Positions 20,501-28,806 of a DNA stretch of 64,000 nt are shown piece by piece (within the stretch, counting starts at the first letter, position 1; each line of letters starts with the position of its first letter). This DNA is from Candidatus Aminicenantes bacterium. GTDB lineage: Bacteria > Acidobacteriota > Aminicenantia > JAMOAD01. Below the pieces are notes generated by a model. It had not been told where the DNA came from. It saw only the letters and a list, made by a program, of their open reading frames with translations, and did not search any database. The position numbers were made by a program, and so were the translations under genes. The stretch spans positions 14,515-78,514 of the forward strand of contig DAONEM010000005.1 of assembly GCA_035403085.1 (NCBI GenBank). Reading direction: 5' to 3'.

Positions 20501-20698
20501 CAGTTTCAGCCCGTCGATCTTGGGAATAACGATTTCGCAGATGACCGCGTGAAAATTCTCCCGCAGCCTGTCTAGCGCGTCAAGACCGTCGGCAGCCGTT
20601 TCCACCACGATATCGAAGGAACTCAGAAAGTGGGTAAGATTCTTCACGAAACGGGCATCGGTGTCGACGATCAAAATCTTTTTCCGGTCGTTTTCCAC
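17570..20698 (-). CDS. multidomain REC (Asp->Glu) - Pro-rich linker - Ser/Thr protein kinase - TM - TonB C-terminal domain protein
   Basis: GTG start at 20698 with GAGGTAGG RBS. REC domain has Glu at the phospho-acceptor position. Kinase motifs present (TGGMAEIYKA, ...HRDVTPQN, DFGISK, SPE). TM segment IALIVGIAVLVLAVVLFFVL. C-terminus ...GPYRIMMQVLVGIDGRAEKFMIL... resembles TonB_C. Confidence 0.8.
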   Translation of the reverse strand: MENDRKKILIVDTDARFVKNLTHFLSSFDIVVETAADGLDALDRLRENFHAVICEIVIPKIDGLKLTTRIRAQLPDLPIIVVSGIYKGQAIRHKAVHDCKASAFLEKPFPLEEVWKALELVAGFKAPEEGDMTRVAPVAEPPSPPVVSAPPPPVTEPPSPPVVSAPPPATPRAKREELLSVDSLFGDILDEINKDLPDSLLDEQPAPSHHPTPVASPAPSPAPPRPTIAQAEPPAPRPVSHTEPMPPKIAAEPPRQASPVPPPPVAPAPEKKRRNIEYDDIDELIHKTLVDLRRKPTAGESVPSKAVHEGKAAPVSSPKPVSPQPPPAPVQEPPVAPPPPAPAPAQELPVTPPPQKVEPLPFHAPSFQEPPKPLEREVKAEGRYELLEKIATGGMAEIYKARQRGPGGFEKIVTIKKILPQFANDEEFIAMFTDEARIAASLSHPNIVQIFDLGKMDREYIIAMEYVPGKDLGAILRKLRKEKRKMPLDVALHIALKVSEALDYAHKKNDNSGNPLNIVHRDVTPQNILISFNGEVKLTDFGISKAKNKIHQTQAGGLKGKFIYMSPEQARGEAEVDHRSDIFAYGILLYEIFTLRNPFLETTEIGILEKVKKAEFLPPESLDPSIPGEVSELIKHCLQLSPEKRFGSAKEITSELEKIMVEVDVNLPLAKDLLCKTIAQLFPEEVAHEGFAVDDTKEIFRKQKEFEDILKKRGEKTVPPVAAPSPTPAPPMEPPLPKAPPQEPKPPKPQAVQPPPQKAVKEPEPVKFVPNKHSQAQQDLDALLKEEAKRPPIALIVGIAVLVLAVVLFFVLKRGSAPSTVPQVQTPGQTTSTQPPALQTGLQDAALPATTPAQTEPKGTDQKEEPKAAAQVQPPTPEKKQEPKAAAPAQIGNDKPKEESKPVVEPPKASEPTPQQQTPAASPVQSTPQETVQPRPQPQQPSGPAEGSVVAATALDFPVKATSKSVPSITSEERRRGPYRIMMQVLVGIDGRAEKFMILKVSPALSSLQSSMERAISGWRFTPPVSQGVKVKVWTTVSMMIQ
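20196..20291 (-). repeat. tandem ~48-nt direct repeat (2 copies) encoding a PPSPPVVSAPPP proline-rich unit
   Basis: Visible copies ggggaggggcgcttacaaccggaggtgaggggggctcggtgacc and gggggaggggcactcacaaccggaggtgatgggggttcggcgactgg inside the kinase gene linker. Confidence 0.7.
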
Positions 20699-20802
20699 TA
20701 TCCTACCTCATCAAAGGGGATTTCGATTAAAAGGAGCTCAGCAAGACCTTACCGACCATTCTAATCAAATTCAAATCCTTTGTCAAAAGGAAAAGGAACC
20801 CC

Positions 20803-22269
20803 CTATTCTCTCTCCGGGGGCAGGGAGGAGAGGGCTTTCGCCAAGGCTTCCTTGATCAAAGAGGGATCAGGGGAGGGGATGATCCCCGATGAGAGAAGGC
20901 TCTTCCAGGAGAGTCGGGCTCTTTGGATGTCTTCCAGGGTCTCCCTACGGACCTCCGCGGCGGTGATGATCCTCGTGGCGACCCCATCCCGACGGGCCTG
21001 CTCCGCCACGGCGACCGCCTCTTCGGCGTAGAGCTCGGTCTCGTCCATGGTGGGGAGAATCCTCTCGGGGGTTAAGCCCTTGAGGAGGGCGAAATCCGCT
21101 AAAGCCTGCGAAGCGGCCAGGGCCATGGAGTCCGTGATCTTGGAAGCTCCGCTCAGGAGAGTCCCTTTCAGGATTCCCGGGAAGCCCAGGGAGTTGTTGA
21201 CTTGGTTGGGAAAGTCTCCGCGCCCGGTGGCCACGATGAAGGCTCCCGCCTCTTTCGCCTCATGGGGGTAGATCTCCGGTACGGGGTTGGCGCAAGCGAA
21301 GACGATCGAACGGGGCGCCATGAGGCGTATCCACTCCCCTCTGATGGTTCCAGGCCCGGGTTTGCTAAGGGCGATCAAGGCGTCGGCGTTCTTGAAGGCC
21401 TCTTCGGGTGTGGAGATCCCCTTGGGGTTCGTTCTCTTACAGAGCTCCCAGACCGATTCCAGCCTCGGGTCTTTTCTAAACTCCTCCCTCCCCTTGTGGA
21501 GGGAGCCGAAGGCGTCGAAGAGGATCATCCTTTCAGGGTTTCCCCCGGCCTGGATGATCAGCCTGGCGATGGAGGTGTTGGCCGCTCCGGCTCCGAAGAA
21601 GACCAGGGAGACATCGGAAATCTTCTTCTCCGCTAGGCGCAGGGCGTTGATGAGAGCGGCGACGGTGACGCTCCCGGTCCCTTGGGCGTCGTCGTGCCAA
21701 ACGGGGATGGGGCACTCCTTCCGCAAAACCTCCAGCACCCTGTAACAGTTCGGTTGGGAGATGTCCTCCAGGTTGACGGCCCCGAAGGAGGGGGCGGCCA
21801 TCCGGACGAAATCGATGATCTTGTCGGCGTCGGGTTCCCCGAGAGCGTTGCGGCTGTTGATGCAGAGGGGGACCCCGTCGACCCCTCCCAGGTATTTCAT
21901 CAGGAAAACCTTCCCCTCCATGACCCCCAGGCCGCCGGGGGGGGTGCAGTCTCCGTCTCCCAAGACCCGGGTCGAGTCGGAGACCACAGCGACCAGGTTC
22001 CCACGGCCAGAAAGCTCGTAGGAAAGGGCGTTGTCGTCGCGGATCGAAGTGGAGACCGCCGAGACGCCGGGGGTATACCAGAGGCTGAACCAGTTGAACC
22101 CGTAGAGGGGGACCTTCGGGAGGACCGTGAGCTTCCCCCGGTAGAAGCGGTGTAGGCTCAGGGAGAGCTCCTTGAGAAAGAGGGTCTTGGCGGCGGCCCT
22201 TCGGGCGGGAGAGAGCTCCTTGGGAAAGAGGCTCTCGAGATCGTCCAGGGTCAGGGAGGAATTCTTCAT
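20803..22269 (-). CDS. NAD(P)-dependent malic enzyme
   Basis: Start at MKNSSLTL (cat at 22267-22269). Malic-enzyme motifs (VVSDSTRVLGDGD, ...FFGAGAA...); ~488 aa short form. Confidence 0.85.
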   Translation of the reverse strand: MKNSSLTLDDLESLFPKELSPARRAAAKTLFLKELSLSLHRFYRGKLTVLPKVPLYGFNWFSLWYTPGVSAVSTSIRDDNALSYELSGRGNLVAVVSDSTRVLGDGDCTPPGGLGVMEGKVFLMKYLGGVDGVPLCINSRNALGEPDADKIIDFVRMAAPSFGAVNLEDISQPNCYRVLEVLRKECPIPVWHDDAQGTGSVTVAALINALRLAEKKISDVSLVFFGAGAANTSIARLIIQAGGNPERMILFDAFGSLHKGREEFRKDPRLESVWELCKRTNPKGISTPEEAFKNADALIALSKPGPGTIRGEWIRLMAPRSIVFACANPVPEIYPHEAKEAGAFIVATGRGDFPNQVNNSLGFPGILKGTLLSGASKITDSMALAASQALADFALLKGLTPERILPTMDETELYAEEAVAVAEQARRDGVATRIITAAEVRRETLEDIQRARLSWKSLLSSGIIPSPDPSLIKEALAKALSSLPPERE

Positions 22270-22351
22270 GGTCACCTCGTCGGCGGAATGGGCCGGAGAC
22301 CTTATATACAAGGTATGGAGCAAAAAGTCAAAGCCTCTCCTGGAGCCTCTG

Positions 22352-22380
22352 TTGTCACAGGATTTAAAATCTAGTAAGAT
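22352..22380 (+). promoter_or_regulatory. sigma70-like promoter TTGTCA-N17-TAAGAT for the EF-G paralogue
   Basis: TTGTCA at 22352-22357 and TAAGAT at 22375-22380. GGAGG RBS at 22398-22402, five nt before ATG 22408. Confidence 0.45.
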
Positions 22381-22407
22381 CATAAGATATACTCCGAGGA
22401 GGTAGTG

Positions 22408-24504
22408 ATGAAAGAGTTCATGACCGAGAACATCCGAAACGTGGCTCTCATTGGCCACGGGAACTCCGGGAAGACCTCTCTGGCGTCGGCCTTTCTCTTC
22501 GATGCCGGAGCCGTCAACCGGTTAACCAAGGTAGAACAGGGAAACACGATCACCGATTACGATTCCGAAGAGATCGAAAGAAAGATCACGATCTTTACCG
22601 CCCTTGCCAACTTGGAGTGGAATAACCATAAAATCAACCTCTTGGACACCCCAGGTTATGGAAACTTCCTTTGGGACACCAAGGCCGCCCTCAGGGTCTC
22701 CGAGGGAGCCATCGTCATGGTGGACGCCACCGCCGGAGTCGAGGTTCAGACCGAAAAAGGCTGGAGCTTCGCCGCTGAGTATGGGGTCTCCCGGATGATT
22801 GCCATCAACAAGATCGACAGGGAAAGGGCCTCTTTCGCCAACACCATGGAGAGCATCCACGACTTCTTCGGCCGTAGCGCCGTTCCCGTCCAGATTCCTA
22901 TCGGCCAGGAAGCCTCCTTCAAAGGTGTTGTCGACCTGATCAAGGGGAAAGCCTACCTCTTCGCCGCCGATGAGAGCGGGAAAATGACCGAGGCGGAGAT
23001 TCCCGCCGACCTGAAGGGCGAGTACGACGAAGCCCGTCAGGCTCTCGTCGAGATGGTCGCCGAGCAAGACGAAAGCATCATGAACAAGTACCTGGAAGAG
23101 GGAGACCTCTCCGGTGAAGATATTATGACCGCCTTGAAGAAGGGTGTGACTTCCGGTGAGCTCGCGCCGGTCTTCATCCTCTCCGCGGCAAAGAACATGG
23201 GTGTTCAGCCCCTTCTGGACGCCATGGTCTCTCTGATCCCCTCCCCGGCGCAGAAGGGGAGTCTCTCCGCTACACTGGGAGGAAAAGAGGCCCCCGTGAA
23301 GGTCGACGCGAAAGAGCCCTTCTCGGGAATCGTCTTCAAGACCCTCTCGGATCCTTACGCAGGGCGGATCAACCTTCTGAAGATCGTCTCCGGCGTTTTG
23401 GCCGTCGACGCCACCGTGGCCAACACCTCCCGGGAGATCGAGGAGAAGATCACCTCCCTCGCCTTCCCCATGGGCAAACAGCTCAATGCCGTTGAAAAGG
23501 CCTATGCAGGCGATATCATCGCGACTTCCAAGCTCAAGGAGACTCTGACCGGAGAGACCCTTGCCGCGAAGGAACGGCAGGTTATCCTCGACCCGATCGT
23601 CTTCCCCGCCTCCTCCATCAGCTTCGCCCTCGAACCTAAGACGCGGCAGGACGAGGACAAGCTCTCCACGGCTCTGGTGAGAATCACAGAAGAGGATCCG
23701 ACGGTGAAGTTCAAGAGGGATCCTCAGACGAAGGAGTTGATCATCTCCGGGAACGGACAACTCCATATCGAGATTCTCGTTGCCAGGCTGAAGAAAAAAT
23801 TCAACGTTGATGTGATCCTGAAGCCCCCGAAGATCGCCTACCTTGAAACGATCAAGGGGAAGGCCGATGTTGAGCACAAGCATAAGAAACAGACCGGTGG
23901 ACGTGGCCAGTACGGTCATGTCAAGATCCGTTTGGAGCCTCTTCCCAGGGGAGGGGACTTCGAGTTTTCCAACGACATCTTCGGAGGCGCCATTCCGAAG
24001 AACTATGTTCCCTCGGTGGAGAAGGGGATTCAGGATGCCCGGCTCAAGGGCGTTCTGGCCGGTTACCCCACTGTAGACTTCAAGGTGAGCCTCTACGATG
24101 GCTCTTACCACGAGGTGGATTCTTCGGATATGGCCTTCAAGATCGCCGCTTCCCGCGCCTTCAAGAAGGGGGCTAAAGAGGCCAAGCCCACTCTGCTGGA
24201 GCCTATCGCCAACGTTGAGATTTACGCTCCCGAAGAACTTCTCGGGGATATCATGGGCAACCTCAACGGCCGCCGGGGGAAACCCTTGGGGACCGACAAG
24301 AAGGGGAAGATCAGCATTATTAAGGCTCAGGTTCCCCTGGTGGAGATGCTCGACTTCGAACCTACCCTCACCTCCATCACCGGAGGCAGGGGTTCCTATA
24401 CCATGGAGTTTTCCCATTACGAAGAGGTTCCAGGAATGCTCCAGCCTAAAGTCATTGAGGCGGCCGCCAAAGAGGGCCGTACCCAGGAGGAAGAGGAGGA
24501 TTGA
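22408..24504 (+). CDS. elongation factor G paralogue (EF-G2-like translational GTPase)
   Basis: G1 motif AxxGHxxSGKT and DTPG, then EF-G domains II-V. ATG at 22408 (ORF track begins at in-frame GTG 22405). Confidence 0.85.
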   Translation: MKEFMTENIRNVALIGHGNSGKTSLASAFLFDAGAVNRLTKVEQGNTITDYDSEEIERKITIFTALANLEWNNHKINLLDTPGYGNFLWDTKAALRVSEGAIVMVDATAGVEVQTEKGWSFAAEYGVSRMIAINKIDRERASFANTMESIHDFFGRSAVPVQIPIGQEASFKGVVDLIKGKAYLFAADESGKMTEAEIPADLKGEYDEARQALVEMVAEQDESIMNKYLEEGDLSGEDIMTALKKGVTSGELAPVFILSAAKNMGVQPLLDAMVSLIPSPAQKGSLSATLGGKEAPVKVDAKEPFSGIVFKTLSDPYAGRINLLKIVSGVLAVDATVANTSREIEEKITSLAFPMGKQLNAVEKAYAGDIIATSKLKETLTGETLAAKERQVILDPIVFPASSISFALEPKTRQDEDKLSTALVRITEEDPTVKFKRDPQTKELIISGNGQLHIEILVARLKKKFNVDVILKPPKIAYLETIKGKADVEHKHKKQTGGRGQYGHVKIRLEPLPRGGDFEFSNDIFGGAIPKNYVPSVEKGIQDARLKGVLAGYPTVDFKVSLYDGSYHEVDSSDMAFKIAASRAFKKGAKEAKPTLLEPIANVEIYAPEELLGDIMGNLNGRRGKPLGTDKKGKISIIKAQVPLVEMLDFEPTLTSITGGRGSYTMEFSHYEEVPGMLQPKVIEAAAKEGRTQEEEED

Positions 24505-26627
24505 CGCTGATTTCCAAGAGGGGACGTCGCCCTTTAGGGGGAGCGTCCCCTCTCCTCCCCTCCGCCCTCCGTCTTTCCCTGGGCATTTTTTCTCTTCTTT
24601 TTCCCTCGTTTCTCGGCGCCTACGTAGGACCGGGGGCGGGGTTCGCCTTTCTCGGCTCCTTCTTCCTCGTTTTCCTCGCCTTCTTCTTCGCCCTCTTCAA
24701 CCTGATAACCCTGCCCTTTCGAGCTTTGGTGCGGAGGGTAAGGCGCCTCAGGAGGCGAAGCAAAAGCCGGTTCCGTCGGGTGATTCTCTTGGGGTTCGAT
24801 GGAATGGACTACACTCTGACCGAAGGGATGATGGACCGAGGGGAGCTCCCCAATTTCGATAGGCTCCGGAAGGAGGGTTCTTTTTGTCCCTTGAGAAGTA
24901 CCGACCCTCCGCTCTCCCCGGTCGCCTGGTCGACCTTCGCCACCGGGGTGAACCCCGGGAAGCACAACATCTTCGATTTTCTCTCCCGGGATCCGAAAAA
25001 CTACCTTCCCCTCCTCTCCTGCTCTTCTGTCCACCCTGGGAAGAGTTATCGGTGGGGGCGTTGGCTGGTTCCCCTCTCGAAGGCCAGGATCTCTCTTCTA
25101 CGCAAGAGCCGTTCTTACTGGTCTCTCCTGGGGCAAGAGGGGATTCCTTCCCTGGTGCTTCGGGTTCCGATCACCTTCCCCCCCGAGAAGTTTAAAGGGA
25201 TACAGTTGGCCGGGCTGGGAACGCCGGACCTCCGGGGAACCCAGGGGAGTTCGACCCTCTTCTCGACCTCTCTCTCCGACGCCTCTCTTCTGGCGGACAA
25301 CAGGGTCTGCCTCCTGGAGAGGGAGGGGGAGATTCTGAAGGGGGAGATCGAAGGCCCTCCCCATCCCTTTCTCGACGGCTCTCCTCTCATGAGGGTTCCC
25401 TTCACCCTCCGGCTTCTCCCGGACGGGGGGGCTGAACTGAAGGTTCAGAGGGAACGGGTGGTTCTCAGGGTCAACGCTTTCTCCCCTTGGGTACGGATCG
25501 CCTTCTCCGCGGGGCCCTTGAAAGTCTGGGGGCTGAGCCGCTGGGTCCTCCGTCGGACAGAGCCGGACGTGGAGGTCTACCTGGCTCCCCTTCAGATCGA
25601 CCCTGAGGAGCCCTCTATGCCGATCTCCTACCCAGGGACCTTCGCCCCCTATCTGGCCAAGAGGTTCGGTTCCTTCGCGACTCTGGGTATGGCGGAGGAC
25701 ACATGGGCCTTGAACGAGGCGATTCTGGACGACCGGCTCTTCCTGGACCAGGTCTATGACGCTCAGGTCGAGAGGGAGAGGGCCTTCTGGGATGGATGGG
25801 AAAAGCAGAGGGAGGGAGTTCTCACCGCGGTCTTCGAGGCTACCGATCGGATCCAGCACATGTTTTGGCGCTACACCGACTCCAGCTCTCCGGCCCCCAG
25901 GGACACGGACTCTCCCGCCTCGACCGACGCGATTCCCGAGGTCTACCGAAGGATGGACCGTTTCCTCGGGGAGGTCCTGAGCCGCAAGAAGAGCGATGAG
26001 GCGGTTCTCGTGGTCTCCGACCACGGGTTCAACCTCTTTCGCAGGGGGTTTCACCTCAACTCATGGCTCAAGAGGGAGGGGTACCTGGTGCTTCAGGAGG
26101 GCTTCACCGAGAGCGGGAAGTGGTTCGCCAACGTCGATTGGTCCAAGACCAAGGCCTACGGGACAGGGTTGAGCGGCCTCTTCCTCAACAGGAAAGGGCG
26201 GGAGAGGGACGGTTTCCTCACCCGGCAGGAGGCGGAGGCTCTCCAACGGGAGATTCAAGAGAAGTTGACCGAGGTGAAGGATGGGGACGAGAGGGTCTTC
26301 GACGCGGTCTTCCGCCGGGAAGAGATCTACGAAGGCCCCTATGTGGAGAACGCCCCGGATATCGTCTTGGGCTATAGGCCCGGTTTCAGGGTCTCTTGGG
26401 AATCCGCCGTCGGTTTTGTGGATGACCGGCTTCTCTCGGATAACACCCGAAGGTGGAGCGGCGACCACTCCTTCACCGCCGCCAAGGTTCCGGGAATCTT
26501 CTTCTCCGACCGGAAGGTCGGCGTCACGGACCCCGGGCTGATCGACATCGCCCCGACCCTTCTCTCCCTCTTCGGCGTCCCCAAGCCCTCCTTCCTGGAG
26601 GGGCGGGATTTGGAGGTGAAAGGGTGA
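24501..26627 (+). CDS. alkaline-phosphatase-superfamily protein (nucleotide pyrophosphatase/phosphodiesterase-like), membrane anchored
   Basis: N-terminal hydrophobic helices and Arg-rich stretch, then LGFDGMD...DPPLSPVAWSTFATG catalytic-core pattern; 708 aa. Confidence 0.6.
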   Translation: MTLISKRGRRPLGGASPLLPSALRLSLGIFSLLFPSFLGAYVGPGAGFAFLGSFFLVFLAFFFALFNLITLPFRALVRRVRRLRRRSKSRFRRVILLGFDGMDYTLTEGMMDRGELPNFDRLRKEGSFCPLRSTDPPLSPVAWSTFATGVNPGKHNIFDFLSRDPKNYLPLLSCSSVHPGKSYRWGRWLVPLSKARISLLRKSRSYWSLLGQEGIPSLVLRVPITFPPEKFKGIQLAGLGTPDLRGTQGSSTLFSTSLSDASLLADNRVCLLEREGEILKGEIEGPPHPFLDGSPLMRVPFTLRLLPDGGAELKVQRERVVLRVNAFSPWVRIAFSAGPLKVWGLSRWVLRRTEPDVEVYLAPLQIDPEEPSMPISYPGTFAPYLAKRFGSFATLGMAEDTWALNEAILDDRLFLDQVYDAQVERERAFWDGWEKQREGVLTAVFEATDRIQHMFWRYTDSSSPAPRDTDSPASTDAIPEVYRRMDRFLGEVLSRKKSDEAVLVVSDHGFNLFRRGFHLNSWLKREGYLVLQEGFTESGKWFANVDWSKTKAYGTGLSGLFLNRKGRERDGFLTRQEAEALQREIQEKLTEVKDGDERVFDAVFRREEIYEGPYVENAPDIVLGYRPGFRVSWESAVGFVDDRLLSDNTRRWSGDHSFTAAKVPGIFFSDRKVGVTDPGLIDIAPTLLSLFGVPKPSFLEGRDLEVKG

Positions 26628-28609
26628 ACCGTCGACAGTTTCTCAAGACCGGAGGTGTTCTGGCCGCTTCGACCCTCCTGGCTTCGCCGCAGTTGATCTC
26701 CCGGAGCCACTCCGCCAGGAAACTGCTGGTCCTGGGCTTCGATGGAATGGACCCCAGAATCGTCCGTCTCCTGGTCGAACAGGGTCGTCTCCCCGCCTTC
26801 AGGCGCCTCATGGAACGCGGAACGCTTCAGAGTATGTTCTCCACCGACCCTCCCGCGAGCCCCGTGGCTTGGGCCTCCTTTATCACCGGCCTCGACCCGG
26901 CGGGCCACGGTATCTTCGACTTTGTTCACCGAGATCCGGAGAACTACCTTCCCCACTTCGCCATCAGCGAGGCCGAGGCGCCCCGTCGGTTCCTTAAGCT
27001 CGGCTCCTGGAAGCTTCCCATGGAAAAGGGAGGAATCCGTCTGTGCCGTGAGGGCAAGCCCTTTTGGAATCTTCTGGAAGAGGCCGGACAGGACTGTACG
27101 ATCTTCAAGATTCCCTCCAACTATCCCCCTTCGCCCATGGAGAGGGGGAGGAGCATCGCCGGGATGGGAACCCCCGACATCACCGGCGATTCCTATGGGG
27201 TTTACACGATCTTCACCACCGACGAGGGCGAGGCTTCCCGTTCTTTCTCGGCCGCCAAGGCTCTCTTCCTGATCTTCGACCCCCAAGGGGCGGCGGAGAG
27301 TGAGATCGTCGGTCCCCCCCATCCGCTCAAAGAGGAGGAGACCCTCTCCCTTCCCCTCAAGGTCTACTGGGATAAACGCCACCGAACCGCCCGGCTGGAC
27401 GTTGCCGGAAGAGAGATTCTCTTGGCCGAAGGCGGTGTCTCCCCCTGGATCCCCCTTAAGTTCCCTCTGATGCCTTTCAAGGAGTTGCCGGCTATGGTCC
27501 GCTTTCAGCTCCTTGAGGCGGGGGAGCGTTTCCGCCTCTACCTCTCCCCCCTCTCTCTAGACCCCGCCGATCCGGCCCAGCCTATCTGCGAGCCTTCGGA
27601 CTACGGCAAGGAGCTGGTCCATCGCTATGGGCGGTTCCATACCCTCGGCCTTCCCGCGGATACGAAAGCTTTCAGCGATGGGACCTTCGATGTCCAGGAC
27701 TTTCTCTCCCACAGCGAAACCATTCTCCACGAGAGCGAGAGGATCTTCGCCGGAGAGCTGGAGAGGTTCTCTTCCCTTTCTCGGGGAGGGATGCTCTTCT
27801 TCTACTTCTCCTCCGTCGATCAGGGAAGTCACATGTTCTGGTCCCTCCGGGACGAGGGTCATCCCCTTCACAAACCGGAAGAACGAAAGCGGTACGGCGA
27901 CCCCGTGGAGAATCTCTACCTCCGGTTCGACAGGATTCTCGATCGGGCGATGAAGGGTCTTCCCAAGGGAGCCGATCTGATCGTCCTCTCCGATCACGGC
28001 TTCACGACCTTCCGCAGGAAGGTGAACATCAACACCCTCCTTCAAAGGGACGGTTTTCTGAAACTGAAGAGTGGGTACGATCTCCCGGTCTCCCTCTACG
28101 AGGGGGCCCTCTGGGGCGAGACCCAAGCCTACGCCCTCGGCCTCAACGGTCTCTATCTGAACCTGAAGGGGCGGGAGGGGGAGGGCGCCGTCGACCCTTC
28201 GGAGCGTTCTCGGAAGGTTCAGGAGTTGAAAACGTGGCTTCTCTCGCTGAAAGATCCCGGGAACGGCGCCGCTCTGGTGACCAAGGTGACGGTTCCGGAG
28301 AGGGAGTTTTCGGGACCCTGGATGAAGAGGGGGCCGGATATCGTCGTGGGTTTCAACGACACCTACCGCATTGACAACGATTCGGCGTTGGGAACCCTTA
28401 CCCCCGAAGGGGTAAAGGAGAACAGGGACCGCTGGTCCGGAGACCACTGTGTGGACTCCCGTGTCGTCCCCGCCCTTTTGATGACAAGCTTTCCATGCAA
28501 GACAAACAGGGCGCCGGTCATCTGGGACCTGGCGCCGACGATCTTGAAGCTCTTCTCCCTGACTCCTCCGTCGGAGATGCGGGGGAAGAGTCTGATTGAA
28601 GCGAGGTGA
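26624..28609 (+). CDS. alkaline-phosphatase-superfamily paralogue with twin-arginine (Tat) signal
   Basis: GTG start overlapping upstream stop (GTGA). Tat motif RRQFLKTGG; same LGFDGMD...DPPASPVAWASFITG pattern as its neighbour. Confidence 0.6.
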   Translation: MNRRQFLKTGGVLAASTLLASPQLISRSHSARKLLVLGFDGMDPRIVRLLVEQGRLPAFRRLMERGTLQSMFSTDPPASPVAWASFITGLDPAGHGIFDFVHRDPENYLPHFAISEAEAPRRFLKLGSWKLPMEKGGIRLCREGKPFWNLLEEAGQDCTIFKIPSNYPPSPMERGRSIAGMGTPDITGDSYGVYTIFTTDEGEASRSFSAAKALFLIFDPQGAAESEIVGPPHPLKEEETLSLPLKVYWDKRHRTARLDVAGREILLAEGGVSPWIPLKFPLMPFKELPAMVRFQLLEAGERFRLYLSPLSLDPADPAQPICEPSDYGKELVHRYGRFHTLGLPADTKAFSDGTFDVQDFLSHSETILHESERIFAGELERFSSLSRGGMLFFYFSSVDQGSHMFWSLRDEGHPLHKPEERKRYGDPVENLYLRFDRILDRAMKGLPKGADLIVLSDHGFTTFRRKVNINTLLQRDGFLKLKSGYDLPVSLYEGALWGETQAYALGLNGLYLNLKGREGEGAVDPSERSRKVQELKTWLLSLKDPGNGAALVTKVTVPEREFSGPWMKRGPDIVVGFNDTYRIDNDSALGTLTPEGVKENRDRWSGDHCVDSRVVPALLMTSFPCKTNRAPVIWDLAPTILKLFSLTPPSEMRGKSLIEAR

Positions 28610-28613
28610 TAGT

Positions 28614-28805
28614 ATGCTTTTCGGTAAGAAACTGGCTTTGAGAAAAGAGATCTTCGAGAAGGCCGAGGCCCTTCGGGAAGTGAAGGGGTACAGTTCTCTG
28701 GAAGAGTTGGTGGAACACCTGATCGACAAAGAGTTCGAACTGATCCGCGAAGGCGGTGACGAGAAGACCATCGAGAAGCTGAAGGGCTTGGGCTACATCT
28801 CCTGA
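28614..28805 (+). CDS. hypothetical small protein
   Basis: 63-aa charged helical ORF (MLFGKKLALRKEIFEK...); no motif. Confidence 0.3.
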   Translation: MLFGKKLALRKEIFEKAEALREVKGYSSLEELVEHLIDKEFELIREGGDEKTIEKLKGLGYIS

Positions 28806-28806
28806 C

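Noticed and set aside
22522-24417. 631-aa ORF antisense to the EF-G paralogue
   Set aside because: Gly/Arg/Pro-rich low-complexity translation typical of antisense frames in high-GC DNA; the sense strand encodes a clearly conserved GTPase.
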